A stretch of DNA of 23,108 bases from Archangiaceae bacterium (GTDB lineage Bacteria; Myxococcota; Myxococcia; Myxococcales; Myxococcaceae), in assembly GCA_043750125.1 (NCBI GenBank), contig JAYVCD010000135.1, positions 1-23,108 on the forward strand. Reading direction: 5' to 3'. Position numbers and translations under genes: made by a program. The notes under the pieces are model-generated. The model worked only from the letters and a program-made list of their open reading frames with translations. It ran no database searches and was not told the origin of the DNA. This document shows positions 1 through 11,073 of the stretch, piece by piece (positions within the stretch are counted from its first letter, which is position 1; the number at the start of each line of letters is the position of its first letter).

Positions 1-1959
1 CCGCAGCAGCACGCCTTCGCTGCGCTGCAGCCCGTAGTCCTTGATGTAGTCGTTGAACGTCGCGCAGGTCTCGAACAGCTCGCGCGCGATCGACTTCGGA
101 CGAATGTTTTCCTGGCCCACCCACGGGTGCTTCGCCGCGAACTCGTTGAACGTCCCGTAGATGAACTCGGCATTCGGCTTGGGAGCCTCGAGCTTCTCGA
201 GCTCTTCCATTCGCTGGTCGTACTCGATGCCGGCGGCCTTCATCTCGGCGACCTTCAGCCCCTTCAGCCGATCGAGCTGCGCGTAGAGCACCTGGTCCGG
301 GCTTTCGAGAATCGATTCCACCAGCGTCAACACGTCGAGCGCGTAGTTCTCGCTCATCGGGTCCAGCCGCCGCAGGGTGTCGACCAGGTAGAGCGACAGC
401 GTCTGGTGCAGTGAGAATTCCCGCTGCAGCCCTTCGGCAATTTCCAGGTGCGCTCCAAAAGTGGGCGTGCGCTTGACGTGAAGAATGATGCCTGCGCCGA
501 GCAGCGATCGAAACAGCGCGCGCGCGTGCTTGAGCAGCCGACCTTTGATCACCACCGAGCTGTGCGAGCGCTGCACCAGCTTGACCAGTCGTCGGTAGCC
601 GCCCTCGCGGGTCTCGGCTCCGGACTGAAGCAGGTTGATGATCAACCCGTGGGTGACGAGGAAGCGCGACTCGAGCGCTTCGGGTTGACCCGTTCGCAGC
701 CGATCGAAGGTCGCCTTGTCCCAGTGCGCGTAGCCCCGGGTGGGCGGCTTCTGCATCACCACTTTCTTCCCGGCTTCCTTCTTCTTCGAGAGGTGAAGGT
801 TGTCGATCACGTGCGCCGGGGCCTGCGCCACCACGCTGCCGCGATCATCGAAGCCCTTGCGCCCCGCGCGCCCCGAGATTTGCTGGAAATCGCGCACCGA
901 CAACACCGCGGTCTTCTCCCCGTCGTACTTGCACAGCTGGGTGAAGAGGACGCTGCGAATGGGAATGTTGACGCCGACTCCGAGCGTGTCGGTGCCGCTG
1001 ACGACCTTGAGCAACCCTTGCTGCGCCAGCCGTTCGACCAGGCGGCGGTACTTCGGCAGCAGGCCCGCGTGGTGCAGCCCGACTCCGTGCAGCAAGTACT
1101 TCTTCAGGTCCTTGCCGAACGGGGTATCGAACCGGAACCCCATCAGCGCTTCTTTGATTTGTTCCTTGTCGGCCTTGGTCGAAAAATCGATCGAGAGAAT
1201 GTTCTGCGCCTGCTCGGCCGCGGCGCGCTGGCTGAAATTGACCAGGTAGATGGGAGCGCGGCCCGACTGCAGCAGGCGCTGCACCGTCTCGTGCAGAGGA
1301 GTCTCGGAATATTCGAAGTCGAGCGGCACCGGCCGTTGCTGCGAGCGGACCTCGGCGAACTCGTTGTGCGTCAGCGCGCTGACCGATTCTTTGATCGAGG
1401 TCAGATCTCCCAGGGTCGCCGACATCAGGACAAAGGTCGTCTGCTCCAACATCAGCAGCGGCACCTGCCACGCGACCCCGCGATCTTTGTCCCCGTAGTA
1501 GTGAAACTCGTCCATCACCACGCCATCGACGAATTGCTTGTCTTCGCGCAGGCACAGGTTGCTCAAGATCTCGGCGGTGCAGCAGAGGATCGGCGCATCG
1601 CGGTTGATCGCCGCATCGCCAGTCATCATCCCCACGTTTTGCGCCCCGAAGGCCTCGCACAGCGCGAAGAACTTCTCGTTCACCAGCGCCTTGATCGGGC
1701 AGGTGTAGAAGGACCGCTTGCCCGCCGCCATCTGAATGAAGTGGAAGGCCAGCGCGACCAGCGACTTTCCCGACCCGGTCGGCGTGGCGAGCACCAGGTG
1801 CTTGTTCCCCAGCAACTCGAGAATCGCTTCTTCCTGCGCGGGGTAGAGCTCGAGCCCGGCCCGGGTGACGTAGCCGACGAAGCGATCCAACACCGCTTCG
1901 GGCGAGAGTGCCGGCTCGCCAGGTTTGGGCAACAATGCAGCGAGGGGAGCTTCGATCAT
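1..1959 (-). CDS. SF2 DEAD/DEAH-box (Ski2/HelY-like) RNA helicase, probably DUF3516 family; 3' end runs off the window
   Basis: Absent from the ORF track (no stop in window); translated by hand from ATG at 1959: [16 protein letters not shown]...[10 protein letters not shown] (Q motif), [13 protein letters not shown] (motif I), VVMDEFHYY (II), MSATLG (III), [12 protein letters not shown] (VI), and [12 protein letters not shown] at the window edge. Confidence 0.9.
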   Translation of the reverse strand, partial: MIEAPLAALLPKPGEPALSPEAVLDRFVGYVTRAGLELYPAQEEAILELLGNKHLVLATPTGSGKSLVALAFHFIQMAAGKRSFYTCPIKALVNEKFFALCEAFGAQNVGMMTGDAAINRDAPILCCTAEILSNLCLREDKQFVDGVVMDEFHYYGDKDRGVAWQVPLLMLEQTTFVLMSATLGDLTSIKESVSALTHNEFAEVRSQQRPVPLDFEYSETPLHETVQRLLQSGRAPIYLVNFSQRAAAEQAQNILSIDFSTKADKEQIKEALMGFRFDTPFGKDLKKYLLHGVGLHHAGLLPKYRRLVERLAQQGLLKVVSGTDTLGVGVNIPIRSVLFTQLCKYDGEKTAVLSVRDFQQISGRAGRKGFDDRGSVVAQAPAHVIDNLHLSKKKEAGKKVVMQKPPTRGYAHWDKATFDRLRTGQPEALESRFLVTHGLIINLLQSGAETREGGYRRLVKLVQRSHSSVVIKGRLLKHARALFRSLLGAGIILHVKRTPTFGAHLEIAEGLQREFSLHQTLSLYLVDTLRRLDPMSENYALDVLTLVESILESPDQVLYAQLDRLKGLKVAEMKAAGIEYDQRMEELEKLEAPKPNAEFIYGTFNEFAAKHPWVGQENIRPKSIARELFETCATFNDYIKDYGLQRSEGVLLR

Positions 1960-2151
1960 CGGAACATCGAAGATGCCCACAGTCTGGATCCGAGCGTGCC
2001 CAAAATCAGACCCGCCCCTCGGGCCGGAGCCCCGGTTGACCTCGTCGCCGTTCCGGTTTTCGGACCGTGGTTTGCAGGGGGCTGATTCGGTGGCGTCAAA
2101 GGCATCTGAAGTGGGTCGAATCGGTGCTTACAGTGGGGAGTAGGATACTTT

Positions 2152-2181
2152 ATGACGCAACTTGTCATGCAGCAAAATCAT
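2152..2181. promoter_or_regulatory. Candidate operator upstream of aceB: two overlapping dyads in an AT-rich patch
   Basis: ATGAC-N7-GTCAT (2152-2168) overlapping ATG-N9-CAT (2167-2181, fits LysR T-N11-A), about 60-90 bp before the aceB start. Confidence 0.45.
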
Positions 2182-2239
2182 AGTTATGTCCGCCGAAAAC
2201 AGACCAGCGATGGCACTTCACCTCTTTCCAGGACCTTCG

Positions 2240-3760
2240 ATGACGCAGACAGTCAAAAACGTCGAAATCAAGTCGCCTCGGAGCTCATCGCTGCTGACCC
2301 CAGCGGCGCTCGAATTTCTGGCTTCGCTTCACCGCGCGTTCGATTCCCGTCGGCTCGATCTGCTGGCGGCGCGCAAGACGCGCGATCCGGGGTACGACTT
2401 TCTCTCGTCGACCGCATTGGTTCGAGCCGGCGACTGGAAGATTTCTCCCATTCCTCTTTGCCTGCAGGACCGCCGGGTCGAGATCACGGGCCCGACCGAC
2501 GCGAAGATGGTGATCAACGCTTTGAACTGTGGCGCCAGCGTCTTCATGGCCGACTTCGAGGACGCCACTGCCCCAGCCTGGGGCAATTTGCTGCGAGGCC
2601 AGCAATCGCTTTACGCCGCGGTCCGACGCGCGCTCAGCTTTGACGCTCCCGAGACGTCCAAGCACTACAGCCTGAACGAAAAGACAGCGGTGCTTTTCGT
2701 GCGGCCGCGCGGGTGGCATCTGCCTGAGGCTCACGTCTTGGTTGACGGTGAGCAGCTCGCGGGCTCGCTCTTCGACTTCGGACTCTTCTTCTTCCACAAC
2801 GCGGCCGAGCTGGTGAAGCGGGGAGCGGGCCCCTTCTTCTATTTGCCCAAGCTCGAGAGCCACCTCGAAGCCCGGTTGTGGAACGACGTCTTCGTCTTCG
2901 CCCAGAACGCGCTCAAGCTTCCGCGCGGCACAATCAAGGCGACCGTTCTGATCGAGACGCTGCCCGCCGCCTTCGAGATGGACGAGATCCTCTTCGAGCT
3001 GCGCGAGCACTCTGCCGGGCTCAATTGCGGCCGCTGGGACTACATCTTCAGCTTCATCAAGAAGCAGCCCGACGTGCTGTTGCCTGATCGAGGCCAGCTC
3101 ACGATGGACAGCGGTTTTCTTCACGCCTACTCGCAGCGCCTGATCCAGACCTGTCATCGCCGCGGCGCTCACGCGATGGGAGGAATGGCCGCCCAGATTC
3201 CGGTGAAAGATGATCCGGCCGCCAACGACGCGGCGATGTCGCGGGTGAAAGCCGACAAGCTGCGCGAAGTCAAAGACGGCCATGACGGCACCTGGGTTGC
3301 ACACCCGGCGCTGGTTTCGATCGCCAAAGAGATTTTCGACATGCACATGAAAGGGCCCAATCAACTCTCTGTCCTGCGAGACGACGTGAAGGTCGGTCGC
3401 GAAGAGCTGTTGCGCGCTCCGGAAGGGACCCGCACGGATGAAGGCCTTCGGCAAAACGTGCGCGTGGGAGTTCGCTACATCGAGGCCTGGCTGCGGGGGC
3501 AGGGCTGCGTGCCGCTCTACAATTTGATGGAAGACGCGGCGACTGCAGAAATCTCGCGCGCCCAGGTCTGGCAGCAGGTGCGCCTGGGCCTGGTCTCGAC
3601 CGAGAAGCTGGACCTGGTGATGCACGAAGAGCTGGCCCCGTTCACCGATGGCCAATTTTCCGAAGCCCGCACTCTTTTCCGGGCGCTTTCGACCGCGGCC
3701 GAGTTCGAAGATTTCCTCACTGTCCCCGCCTACCAACGCCTGCTGGCCACGGAAGCCTGA
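2240..3760 (+). CDS. aceB: Malate synthase A
   Basis: [73 protein letters not shown]. Start moved from 2162 to the in-frame ATG at 2240 after an AGGA RBS. Confidence 0.97.
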   Translation: MTQTVKNVEIKSPRSSSLLTPAALEFLASLHRAFDSRRLDLLAARKTRDPGYDFLSSTALVRAGDWKISPIPLCLQDRRVEITGPTDAKMVINALNCGASVFMADFEDATAPAWGNLLRGQQSLYAAVRRALSFDAPETSKHYSLNEKTAVLFVRPRGWHLPEAHVLVDGEQLAGSLFDFGLFFFHNAAELVKRGAGPFFYLPKLESHLEARLWNDVFVFAQNALKLPRGTIKATVLIETLPAAFEMDEILFELREHSAGLNCGRWDYIFSFIKKQPDVLLPDRGQLTMDSGFLHAYSQRLIQTCHRRGAHAMGGMAAQIPVKDDPAANDAAMSRVKADKLREVKDGHDGTWVAHPALVSIAKEIFDMHMKGPNQLSVLRDDVKVGREELLRAPEGTRTDEGLRQNVRVGVRYIEAWLRGQGCVPLYNLMEDAATAEISRAQVWQQVRLGLVSTEKLDLVMHEELAPFTDGQFSEARTLFRALSTAAEFEDFLTVPAYQRLLATEA

Positions 3761-3799
3761 CCTGCAGTTTTCGCATTCCCTCTTCAACGGAGAAAAACG

Positions 3800-5068
3800 A
3801 TGTCCATGAAGTCGACTCCCGCCGACCGCCGCACGAACCGCTTTGAGGGCATCACCCGTCCGTACTCGCCTGCGGACGTAGAGAAGCTTCGCGGCAGCAT
3901 CAAGGTCGAGCACACGCTGGCGAAGCTGGGCGCCGAACGCCTGTGGGAATTGCTTCACACCCGGCCGTTTCTCCCCGCGCTGGGAGCGCTGACCGGCAAC
4001 CAGGCGGTGCAGCAGGTTCGGGCGGGCCTCGAGGCGATCTACATCTCGGGCTGGCAGGTGGCCGCAGACGCCAACACGTCAGGTCAGATGTACCCCGACC
4101 AAAGCCTCTACCCGGTCGACTCGGTTCCGGCGCTGGTCCGAAAAATCAACGCGTCGCTGCGGCGCGCGGATCAGATCGATCACAGCGAGGGAAAGAAAGA
4201 CATTCACTGGTTCGTTCCGATGCTCGCCGACGCGGAAGCCGGCTTCGGGGGCCCGCTGAACGCGTTCGAATTGATGAAGGCGATGATCGAGGCCGGCGCC
4301 GCGGGCGTTCACTACGAAGACCAGCTCGCCAGTGAAAAGAAGTGCGGCCACATGGGAGGCAAGGTCTTGATTCCGACCTCGCAGTTCATTCGCACGTTGG
4401 TCGCCGCGCGGTTGGCCGCGGACGTCTGCGATGTGCCGACGGTGTTGGTGGCGCGCACCGACGCGGACAGCGCGAAGTTGATTACGTCCGACATCGACGA
4501 AAGAGATCTTCCGTTCATCGTCTCGAAAGACCGGACCAACGAAGGGTTCTTCCGACTCAAGGACGGGAAGGGCCTCGACTTCGCCATCGCCCGCGGGATT
4601 GCGTACGCCCCATACGCGGACCTCGTCTGGTGCGAGACGTCTCACCCGGATCTTGCCGAAGCCAAGCGCTTCGCCGAAGGAGTGCACGCCAAGTTCCCGA
4701 ACAAGATGTTGGCGTACAACTGCTCGCCCTCGTTCAACTGGAAGAAGAAGCTCGATGACGTGACGATCGAGAAGTTCCAGCGTGAGCTCGGGGCGATGGG
4801 CTACAAATTTCAGTTCGTCACCCTTGCTGGTTTCCATGCGCTCAACCACTCGATGTTCGAGCTGGCCGCTCAGTACAAAGAAGGAGGGATGGCGGCGTAC
4901 TCGAAGCTGCAGCAGCGCGAGTTCGGCTCTGAGAAGGACGGCTACACGGCGACCCGGCATCAGCGCGAAGTGGGCACGGGCTACTTCGATGTGGTGTCGG
5001 AAGTGATTTCCGGCGGGCTGAGCTCGACGAAGGCACTCGAGGGCAGCACCGAGAAAGCCCAGTTCTAG
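3800..5068 (+). CDS. aceA: Isocitrate lyase
   Basis: Catalytic [63 protein letters not shown]; directly follows aceB. Confidence 0.98.
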   Translation: MSMKSTPADRRTNRFEGITRPYSPADVEKLRGSIKVEHTLAKLGAERLWELLHTRPFLPALGALTGNQAVQQVRAGLEAIYISGWQVAADANTSGQMYPDQSLYPVDSVPALVRKINASLRRADQIDHSEGKKDIHWFVPMLADAEAGFGGPLNAFELMKAMIEAGAAGVHYEDQLASEKKCGHMGGKVLIPTSQFIRTLVAARLAADVCDVPTVLVARTDADSAKLITSDIDERDLPFIVSKDRTNEGFFRLKDGKGLDFAIARGIAYAPYADLVWCETSHPDLAEAKRFAEGVHAKFPNKMLAYNCSPSFNWKKKLDDVTIEKFQRELGAMGYKFQFVTLAGFHALNHSMFELAAQYKEGGMAAYSKLQQREFGSEKDGYTATRHQREVGTGYFDVVSEVISGGLSSTKALEGSTEKAQF

Positions 5069-5096
5069 AAAGCCTCTGACCCGTAAGGGTTGGAGC

Positions 5097-5144
5097 TCCC
5101 CCGTGGTGTCCGCGCCCCCTTCGGACACCCGGGGGATTTTCTTG
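5097..5144 (+). terminator. Rho-independent terminator of aceBA
   Basis: Stem TCCCCCG-t-GGTGTCCG / CGGACACC-CGGGGGA with a 9-nt loop, followed by TTTTCTTG, 28 bp after the aceA stop. Confidence 0.8.
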
Positions 5145-5259
5145 CCTGTCCTTTGCCGGAGGACGGTGGCCACTGGCAGTCACGCGGTGCGTTCACCACG
5201 CAGGTAAGTCGTGCTGACGTTGTGCGCCATGGACCCCAAAAGCGCACCGACGATAAACA

Positions 5260-6792
5260 GTGATGAGCTCGACGCTGACGTCTGCCGATGCCCGTCGTTT
5301 CACCTCGATGTCCAACCGCCTCGACCGCACCCCGTCGGTGGGAGTGGGCGACAGCGGAGGCGCGGTCGGTGCGCTCGAAAGCGTGCTCCAGGCCCTGGGT
5401 TACCCGGCCGAAGTCGACACCGACTTCACGGCGGCGACGGCGGCGACGGTCAAGAGCTTCCAGACGGCGGTAGGGCTGGACCCGACGGGCGAGCTCGACC
5501 TTCAAACGATGGCGAAGCTGAAGGGAGCGCTGGTTCGATTGCGCAACAACCCGACGGCAGTGACGTTGGGCGAGAAGAGCGCCGAAACGGCCCGGGTCGA
5601 GCACCAGCTGGCCGAGCTCGGGTACCGGTCGGGCCGCGCGGATGGCATTGCCGACGGCAGGCTGGCCCACGCGATCAAAGCGTTCGAGCGAGACCAGGCT
5701 GAGTTCAACAAGCCCAGACAGATGCTTGGGGAGGAGGGCCAGGCGGTCTTGCGGCGCGAAGTGGGGCGCTTGAATCATGACGCGTATCGCGATCGGGTGG
5801 CTCCAACGGCTTCGGCTGAACGGATGGACGGGGTCCTGGCTGAGCTGAGCCATCGGCAGAATCCGGACGGGACGATGGGCCTGGGCGAAGGCGGACACCG
5901 ACCGGCGATCGAGCAGCTTCAGCGTCGGCTGGTGGCGGCGGGGTTCGATCCGAAGCATGTGAATGGAAAGTTCGATCAGCGGACGAAGGGCGCGCTCGAG
6001 GCTTTTCAGCGGGCGGTGAAAGTTCCGGTCAGTGGCCGCCTGGATGGCAAGACCTGGGCTGAGCTGAAGAAGACGTTGATCTACTCGAAGGAACCGGCGT
6101 CGCCTGCGCAGCGCGTCGGGGAACGTTCGAATGAAGTGAAGGCCACCGAGAGGCTGCTGGCCAAGGCGGGTTTCAAGCCCGGGAAGATTGACGGTTTGTT
6201 CTCGAAAGAGACGGCTAAAGCGGTGCGAGCGTTCGAGCGCAAAGCCAATCGAACGGTGGACGGAGTGATGGGGGGCAAGGACCTGGCAGCGCTGCGAAAG
6301 TCCCTTGCCGCCGACTTCAGCCAGCCGAAGCCGGACTACCGTCGCCTGGCGTTCCGCGGTCACACTCTCAATGGGCGAACGATTCAGATGGTGGAGCAGG
6401 CCGAAGCGTGGGCGAAGAAGCATGGGCTGCCCGCGGGTTGGCCGATATTTCAGGGCAGCTACAACACGGGGGTCAGTGATTCAGGCGGCACGCACGACGG
6501 TGGGGGGGCTCTCGACATCGATACGTCGAACATGTCGGAGAAACAGATTCTCACGGCGGTCGAAGCGATGAGGCGAGCGGGTTTCGCGGCGTGGCACCGG
6601 GACGACGCGGCGGGTTGGGCAGACGATCACATTCACGCCATTGCGATTGGCGACCGGCAGATGTCGGCTGCGGCCCACGTTCAGGTCGTGGAGTACTTCC
6701 ATGGGGGCGACGGGCTGTCGGGCAGTTTTCCGGACCCGCACACCCGCATCGGTCGGCCGATTCCAGACTGGGCGAAGAAGTTCAAGCCGTAG
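5260..6792 (+). CDS. Putative peptidoglycan hydrolase: four PG_binding_1-like repeats plus C-terminal M15/LAS-type Zn peptidase domain
   Basis: Repeats of the type G..V..L...L..LGY....DG.F...T..AV..FQ....L...G.LD..T...L (four, one degenerate); C-terminal SGGTHDGGGALD (H-x6-D) and DDHIH (HxH). Start uncertain (5260, 5263 or 5308). Confidence 0.8.
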   Translation: MMSSTLTSADARRFTSMSNRLDRTPSVGVGDSGGAVGALESVLQALGYPAEVDTDFTAATAATVKSFQTAVGLDPTGELDLQTMAKLKGALVRLRNNPTAVTLGEKSAETARVEHQLAELGYRSGRADGIADGRLAHAIKAFERDQAEFNKPRQMLGEEGQAVLRREVGRLNHDAYRDRVAPTASAERMDGVLAELSHRQNPDGTMGLGEGGHRPAIEQLQRRLVAAGFDPKHVNGKFDQRTKGALEAFQRAVKVPVSGRLDGKTWAELKKTLIYSKEPASPAQRVGERSNEVKATERLLAKAGFKPGKIDGLFSKETAKAVRAFERKANRTVDGVMGGKDLAALRKSLAADFSQPKPDYRRLAFRGHTLNGRTIQMVEQAEAWAKKHGLPAGWPIFQGSYNTGVSDSGGTHDGGGALDIDTSNMSEKQILTAVEAMRRAGFAAWHRDDAAGWADDHIHAIAIGDRQMSAAAHVQVVEYFHGGDGLSGSFPDPHTRIGRPIPDWAKKFKP

Positions 6793-6848
6793 CTGGGAAG
6801 ACGGGAAAACCGAGTGGGTCCAAAGGGGACATCGGGGTCAGGGCTCGC

Positions 6849-8297
6849 CTACCGGGGAGCGAGCCAGGAGGGAGGCGCGACGATGCGTTCACCGCCGCGG
6901 ACATCGGACGGGAGCGTCATGCGGGCCTTGTGGGTTTTGCTCTTGGGATTTTCGCGGGCGACGATTTTCCCGACGAGGTCGTAGTCATGGGTCTCGGTGA
7001 CTTCGACGGTGACGAATTCGCCGGGGTAGGCGAGGCCATCGTTGATGTAGACGAGCCCGTCGATTTCGGGAGCCTGACCTTCGTGACGTCCGACGAGCAG
7101 ATGCTCGGTCTCGGGGCTGACGCCTTCGACGAGCACGGTGAGTCGTTTGCCGATCAGCTGTTTGTTCTGCTCGCGGTTGATCCGCTGCTGAATGGCCATG
7201 ATTTCGCGCCAGCGGCGCTCGATGGTCTTGGCGGGGACTTTGTCGGGCATGTCGAAGGCGGTGGTGCCTTCTTCGTCTGAGTACTGGAAGCAGCCCATGC
7301 GCTCGAAGCGGTAGGTCTTCACGAACTCTTTGAGCATCTGGAAATCTTCTTCGGTCTCGCCGGGAAGGCCGACGATGAAGCTGGTGCGGAAGGTGAGGCC
7401 GGGGACGCGGGCGCGGATCTTCTCGAGCAGGCCGACGAGGAACTTCGAATCGCGGCCGCGCTTCATCGACAGCAGCAACTTGTCGGAAGCGTGCTGCAGC
7501 GGCATGTCGAGGTACTTGGCGAGCTTCGGCTCGTTGGCCATGACGTCGATCAGCTCGTCGGGGAACACGCGGGGGTAGGCGTAGTGAAGGCGGATCCACC
7601 GCACATCGACCTTGCACAGCGCGCGCAGCAGCTCGTACAGCTTGGGCCGGCCGGGAAGATCGTGCCCGTAGGCGGTGAGATCCTGGGCGACGAGGTTCAG
7701 CTCGGCGACGCCCTGGTCGGCCAATTGCTCGGCCTCGGCGACGATGTCGGCGATCGGCCGGCTGCGCTGCAACCCGCGAAGCGTGGGGATGATGCAGAAG
7801 GCGCACTTGTTGTCGCAGCCCTCGGAAATCTTGAGGTAGGCGGTGTAACCCGGCTGCGAATTGATCTTTGGAGTCGTCGCGCTGTGGATGTACTCGGGGT
7901 CGGGAATCACCTGGCGGGGAGTCGCCTCGGCCGCGAGCAAATCTCCAATCTGCGCATACGCAGACGTGCCCAGAAAGTGATCGACCTCGGGCATCTCTTT
8001 GGCGAGATCCGGGGCGTAGCGCTGCGACAGGCACCCGGTGACGACCAGCGTCTTGCAGGTGCCGGACTTCTTGTGCTCGGCGAGCTCGAGGATGTGGTTG
8101 ATGCTCTCTTGCTTCGCGGGCCCGATGAACGCGCAGGTGTTGATCACGATCACTTCGGCCGACTCGGGTTCTTGCACCAGGCTGTACCCGCCGCGCACGA
8201 GCGTGCCGAGCATCACCTCTGAATCGACCCGGTTCTTCGGGCAGCCCAAGGTCATCATGTACAAAGACTTCAGCGGCAGCTTCGCGGTTTTTTTCAT
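6849..8297 (-). CDS. rimO: Ribosomal protein S12 methylthiotransferase
   Basis: [21 protein letters not shown], radical SAM motif [17 protein letters not shown]-terminal TRAM domain with APEIDG. Start set at ATG 8297 (MKKTAK), 8 bp after the upstream stop. Confidence 0.95.
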   Translation of the reverse strand: MKKTAKLPLKSLYMMTLGCPKNRVDSEVMLGTLVRGGYSLVQEPESAEVIVINTCAFIGPAKQESINHILELAEHKKSGTCKTLVVTGCLSQRYAPDLAKEMPEVDHFLGTSAYAQIGDLLAAEATPRQVIPDPEYIHSATTPKINSQPGYTAYLKISEGCDNKCAFCIIPTLRGLQRSRPIADIVAEAEQLADQGVAELNLVAQDLTAYGHDLPGRPKLYELLRALCKVDVRWIRLHYAYPRVFPDELIDVMANEPKLAKYLDMPLQHASDKLLLSMKRGRDSKFLVGLLEKIRARVPGLTFRTSFIVGLPGETEEDFQMLKEFVKTYRFERMGCFQYSDEEGTTAFDMPDKVPAKTIERRWREIMAIQQRINREQNKQLIGKRLTVLVEGVSPETEHLLVGRHEGQAPEIDGLVYINDGLAYPGEFVTVEVTETHDYDLVGKIVARENPKSKTHKARMTLPSDVRGGERIVAPPSWLAPR

Positions 8298-8305
8298 GGT
8301 GCCTG

Positions 8306-9391
8306 CTACTTCTTCCCGAGCTCGCTGCGCTCGAAGTGATCGGTGCTCCACGAGAAGTGGGCGGTGGAACCGTTGGTGTAGCCGATGGTCAGCCCGCCAT
8401 CGTTGGTGAGATCAAAGCTCATCGCCCGGCCGAGGCTGCAGGTGGCCGCCGGCCATTCGAGGACGCGGGCGGCGATGCTGCCCTTGATGACGTACAGCGC
8501 CATGCGCAGCTCATTCTCAGAATGGCATTGGTCTTTGATGTACGGGTTCTGGCCGGTGAGGACGGTGAAGATGGGGCGCTTGTCGTTGAGCTCCATTTTC
8601 GGAGGCAGCGGAAGCTGAACGGTCTGCGGGTCGACTGCCTTGTCGCCGGCGATCAGCTCGGCGAGGCTTTCGGGGGTCAGCGGCGCATCGGCGATTGCCC
8701 AGATGGGGTAGTGCAACACCGCATAGCCGACCCAGCCGCTCGGGCGGGCTTCGAGGCCTTCGACATCGGCGGGCGGAGTCAGCTTGAGGTTCTTTCGCAA
8801 TTCGTCGGGCAGGCGGGTGGGGCCGCCGACCATTTCACCGGACGTGCAGGTCGAAACCACGGTGGGCTCGCCCTCGTCGTCCTTGTCCAGGAAGTCGACG
8901 CAGATGTTGAGCGCGAGTTGAAGCTGAGCGGGAAGCCGCGGCAGCGCGCGGGCCGGGAAGGCGAGCGCGAGGAACAACCCTTTGGGATCCTTCCTTACTC
9001 CCGACTTGACCAGGGCCTGGGCCCAGGCCGGAGCGCCCTCGGGTTCATTGAGTCGGCCCTCGGGCCCGAAGAGGTAACGAAAGCCACGGGCGGTGGTGCC
9101 CGCGGTGGGGAAGTAGAGGTTCACCGCAACGGCATCGCCGGGGACGACCTTGTCGTCCTTGAGCTCGATGCCGAGGAAGAGGGTGTCTTTGCGAAAGCCG
9201 GCCTTCAGCGAGACGACGTGGGTGGCGTCTTTGGCGACCTTGAGCTCGGCGCCCCCGAAGTCCTTGAACGTGCCCTCGAGCTTCGGTTCCCGGCTCAAGG
9301 TCGGCAGCGGCTTGATCGCTTTCTCAGCCGGAGCGTCGGACTTTGGGAAAGCGAGGGACAGCAGCAGCAGGGTGGTCGGAAGCATCATCAC
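8306..9391 (-). CDS. Secreted hypothetical protein, possibly with an N-terminal DOMON/CBM9-like domain
   Basis: Hydrophobic N-terminus ([12 protein letters not shown]); packs exactly between rnj and rimO; PKLEG..KDF...[10 protein letters not shown]...GDAV.V pattern is reminiscent of CBM9-like folds (weak). Confidence 0.7.
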   Translation of the reverse strand: MMMLPTTLLLLSLAFPKSDAPAEKAIKPLPTLSREPKLEGTFKDFGGAELKVAKDATHVVSLKAGFRKDTLFLGIELKDDKVVPGDAVAVNLYFPTAGTTARGFRYLFGPEGRLNEPEGAPAWAQALVKSGVRKDPKGLFLALAFPARALPRLPAQLQLALNICVDFLDKDDEGEPTVVSTCTSGEMVGGPTRLPDELRKNLKLTPPADVEGLEARPSGWVGYAVLHYPIWAIADAPLTPESLAELIAGDKAVDPQTVQLPLPPKMELNDKRPIFTVLTGQNPYIKDQCHSENELRMALYVIKGSIAARVLEWPAATCSLGRAMSFDLTNDGGLTIGYTNGSTAHFSWSTDHFERSELGKK

Positions 9392-9410
9392 TGAGGGCGC
9401 ACTGGCCCTA

Positions 9411-11054
9411 TCACAGCTTGATGACCAGCGGCATCACGGGGGGCTTGCGCCCGGACAACTGCTTGAAAGTGCGGCGAACGGCCAGAACCAACAGGTCGCG
9501 AACGAACGCATCGTCGCCCAGCAGCTGGGATGAGACCTCGTTCAGGCTGCGGCGTGCTTCCTCACCCGACAGGGACAAGAACGCCTGCTCGTCGTTGGCC
9601 AGGCCCTGACCCCAGACGTGCGGCCCCGAGAGCAGCTTGTGGGTGCCGACCTGAAGCACGACCACCACCAGCACCAGCCCTCCTTCGGCGAGGATCCTGC
9701 GTTGCTCGATCGCGTCGGTCGGGACCCAGCCTTCGGCATCTCTTCGGGTGGGCAGCTGGCCCACGGGCACCCGGCCCAGGGCGTGGGTTCCCGCGTCGCT
9801 CAGGCCAAGCACGTCTCCATCGGTCAGCAGGTGCAGCCGATTTTCCGCCAGCCCGAAGTCGCGCGCATTGGCCAGGTGGCGATGCAGGTGATGCAGCTCG
9901 CCGTGAATCGGGGTGAAGGCGCGGGGCTTGACGGTCTGAACCATTCGCCGCTGCTCGTCCTTGGCGGCGTGCCCCGAGACGTGGATGTGGGGCTCGATCG
10001 CCGGGTAGATGACGTTCGCCCCGCGCGCGAGCAGGCGGTCGAGCATCGCGCTGACCAGCGGCTCATTTCCGGGAATGGTGCGCGAGCTCAAGATGACGGT
10101 GTCGCCCGGCTCGATCGCCAGCTGGTGCGAGTCGGGCTTGAGCATCGAGCTGAGCGCGCTGCGCGGCTCGGCCTGGGCGCCGGTGCACAGAATGAGGATC
10201 TTCTCTTTGGGGATGAGCGGCAGGGCTTCCCAGGGGACGATCAAGTCGTCGGGGACCTCGAGGAACCCCAGCGACCGGGCGATGGTGACGTTGCGATCGA
10301 GGGCGCGGCCGGCAATCGCGACCTTTCTTCCGGTGCGCGCGGCCAGCGACAGGGCGTGCTGCACCCGATGGAGGTGCGAGGCGAAGAGGGTAATCACCAC
10401 CCGGCCTTTGGCCTGGGCAAACAGCCGGGTGAAGGTCTCGGCGACGAGCTGCTCGGACCCGGTGCTGCCGTTGACTTCCGAGTTGGTGGAATCCGACAGC
10501 AGCAGCCCCACGCCTTCGTCTCCCACTTCTCCCAGCCGCTCGAGGTCGGTGGGGCGACCGTCGATGGGCGCTCCATCGAGCTTGAAGTCGCCGGTGTGGA
10601 CGACGGTTCCCGAAGGGCTCTTGATGATCAGCGCGACGCCGTCGGGCACCGAGTGGGTGACCCGCACCGCTTCGACGACGAAGGCGTTGCCGACCTTGAA
10701 GGGCTCGCGCGGAGCGATCTCGCGCAGGTCGGCCCGGACGCCGAGCTCGTCGAGCTTGTGGCGGACCAGGCCGAGGGTAAAGCGGGTCCCCCAGACGGGG
10801 ACGTTGAGGCGCTTGAGCAGAAAGGGCAGGGCGCCGACGTGGTCTTCGTGGGCGTGGGTCAGCACGACCCCTTTGAGCTCCTCGGGGGCCGCGGTGATCC
10901 AGCTGAAGTCGGGGACGATGATCTCGACCCCGGGCAGGTTGCCGCGGGGAAACATCAGGCCGCAGTCGACGAGCATCCGTTCGCCGGAGTGCTCGAAGGC
11001 CATGCAGTTGAGGCCTATTTCTCCAAGGCCTCCCAGCGGAATGATTCGAAGCAT
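9411..11054 (-). CDS. rnj: Ribonuclease J
   Basis: MLRIIPLGGLGEIGLN, LTHAHEDHVGALP (metallo-beta-lactamase motif), HTGDFK, SDSTN, IHVSGHA, PIHGE. Start set at ATG 11054 rather than 11360. Confidence 0.95.
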   Translation of the reverse strand: MLRIIPLGGLGEIGLNCMAFEHSGERMLVDCGLMFPRGNLPGVEIIVPDFSWITAAPEELKGVVLTHAHEDHVGALPFLLKRLNVPVWGTRFTLGLVRHKLDELGVRADLREIAPREPFKVGNAFVVEAVRVTHSVPDGVALIIKSPSGTVVHTGDFKLDGAPIDGRPTDLERLGEVGDEGVGLLLSDSTNSEVNGSTGSEQLVAETFTRLFAQAKGRVVITLFASHLHRVQHALSLAARTGRKVAIAGRALDRNVTIARSLGFLEVPDDLIVPWEALPLIPKEKILILCTGAQAEPRSALSSMLKPDSHQLAIEPGDTVILSSRTIPGNEPLVSAMLDRLLARGANVIYPAIEPHIHVSGHAAKDEQRRMVQTVKPRAFTPIHGELHHLHRHLANARDFGLAENRLHLLTDGDVLGLSDAGTHALGRVPVGQLPTRRDAEGWVPTDAIEQRRILAEGGLVLVVVVLQVGTHKLLSGPHVWGQGLANDEQAFLSLSGEEARRSLNEVSSQLLGDDAFVRDLLVLAVRRTFKQLSGRKPPVMPLVIKL

Positions 11055-11073
11055 GTGCGGCGGAGTGTATGCC

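Noticed and set aside
448..2085. 545-aa plus-strand ORF and other long antisense ORFs (e.g. 2285-3958, 4079-5173, 5065-6423, 8336-9394, 9618-11135, 10009-11529, 18655-19947)
   Set aside because: Shadow or alternative-frame ORFs over genes with clear motifs; typical of high-GC codon bias, with no recognisable domains.
2211..2225. TGGCAC upstream of aceB as a sigma-54 promoter
   Set aside because: No TTGC/GC at the -12 position.
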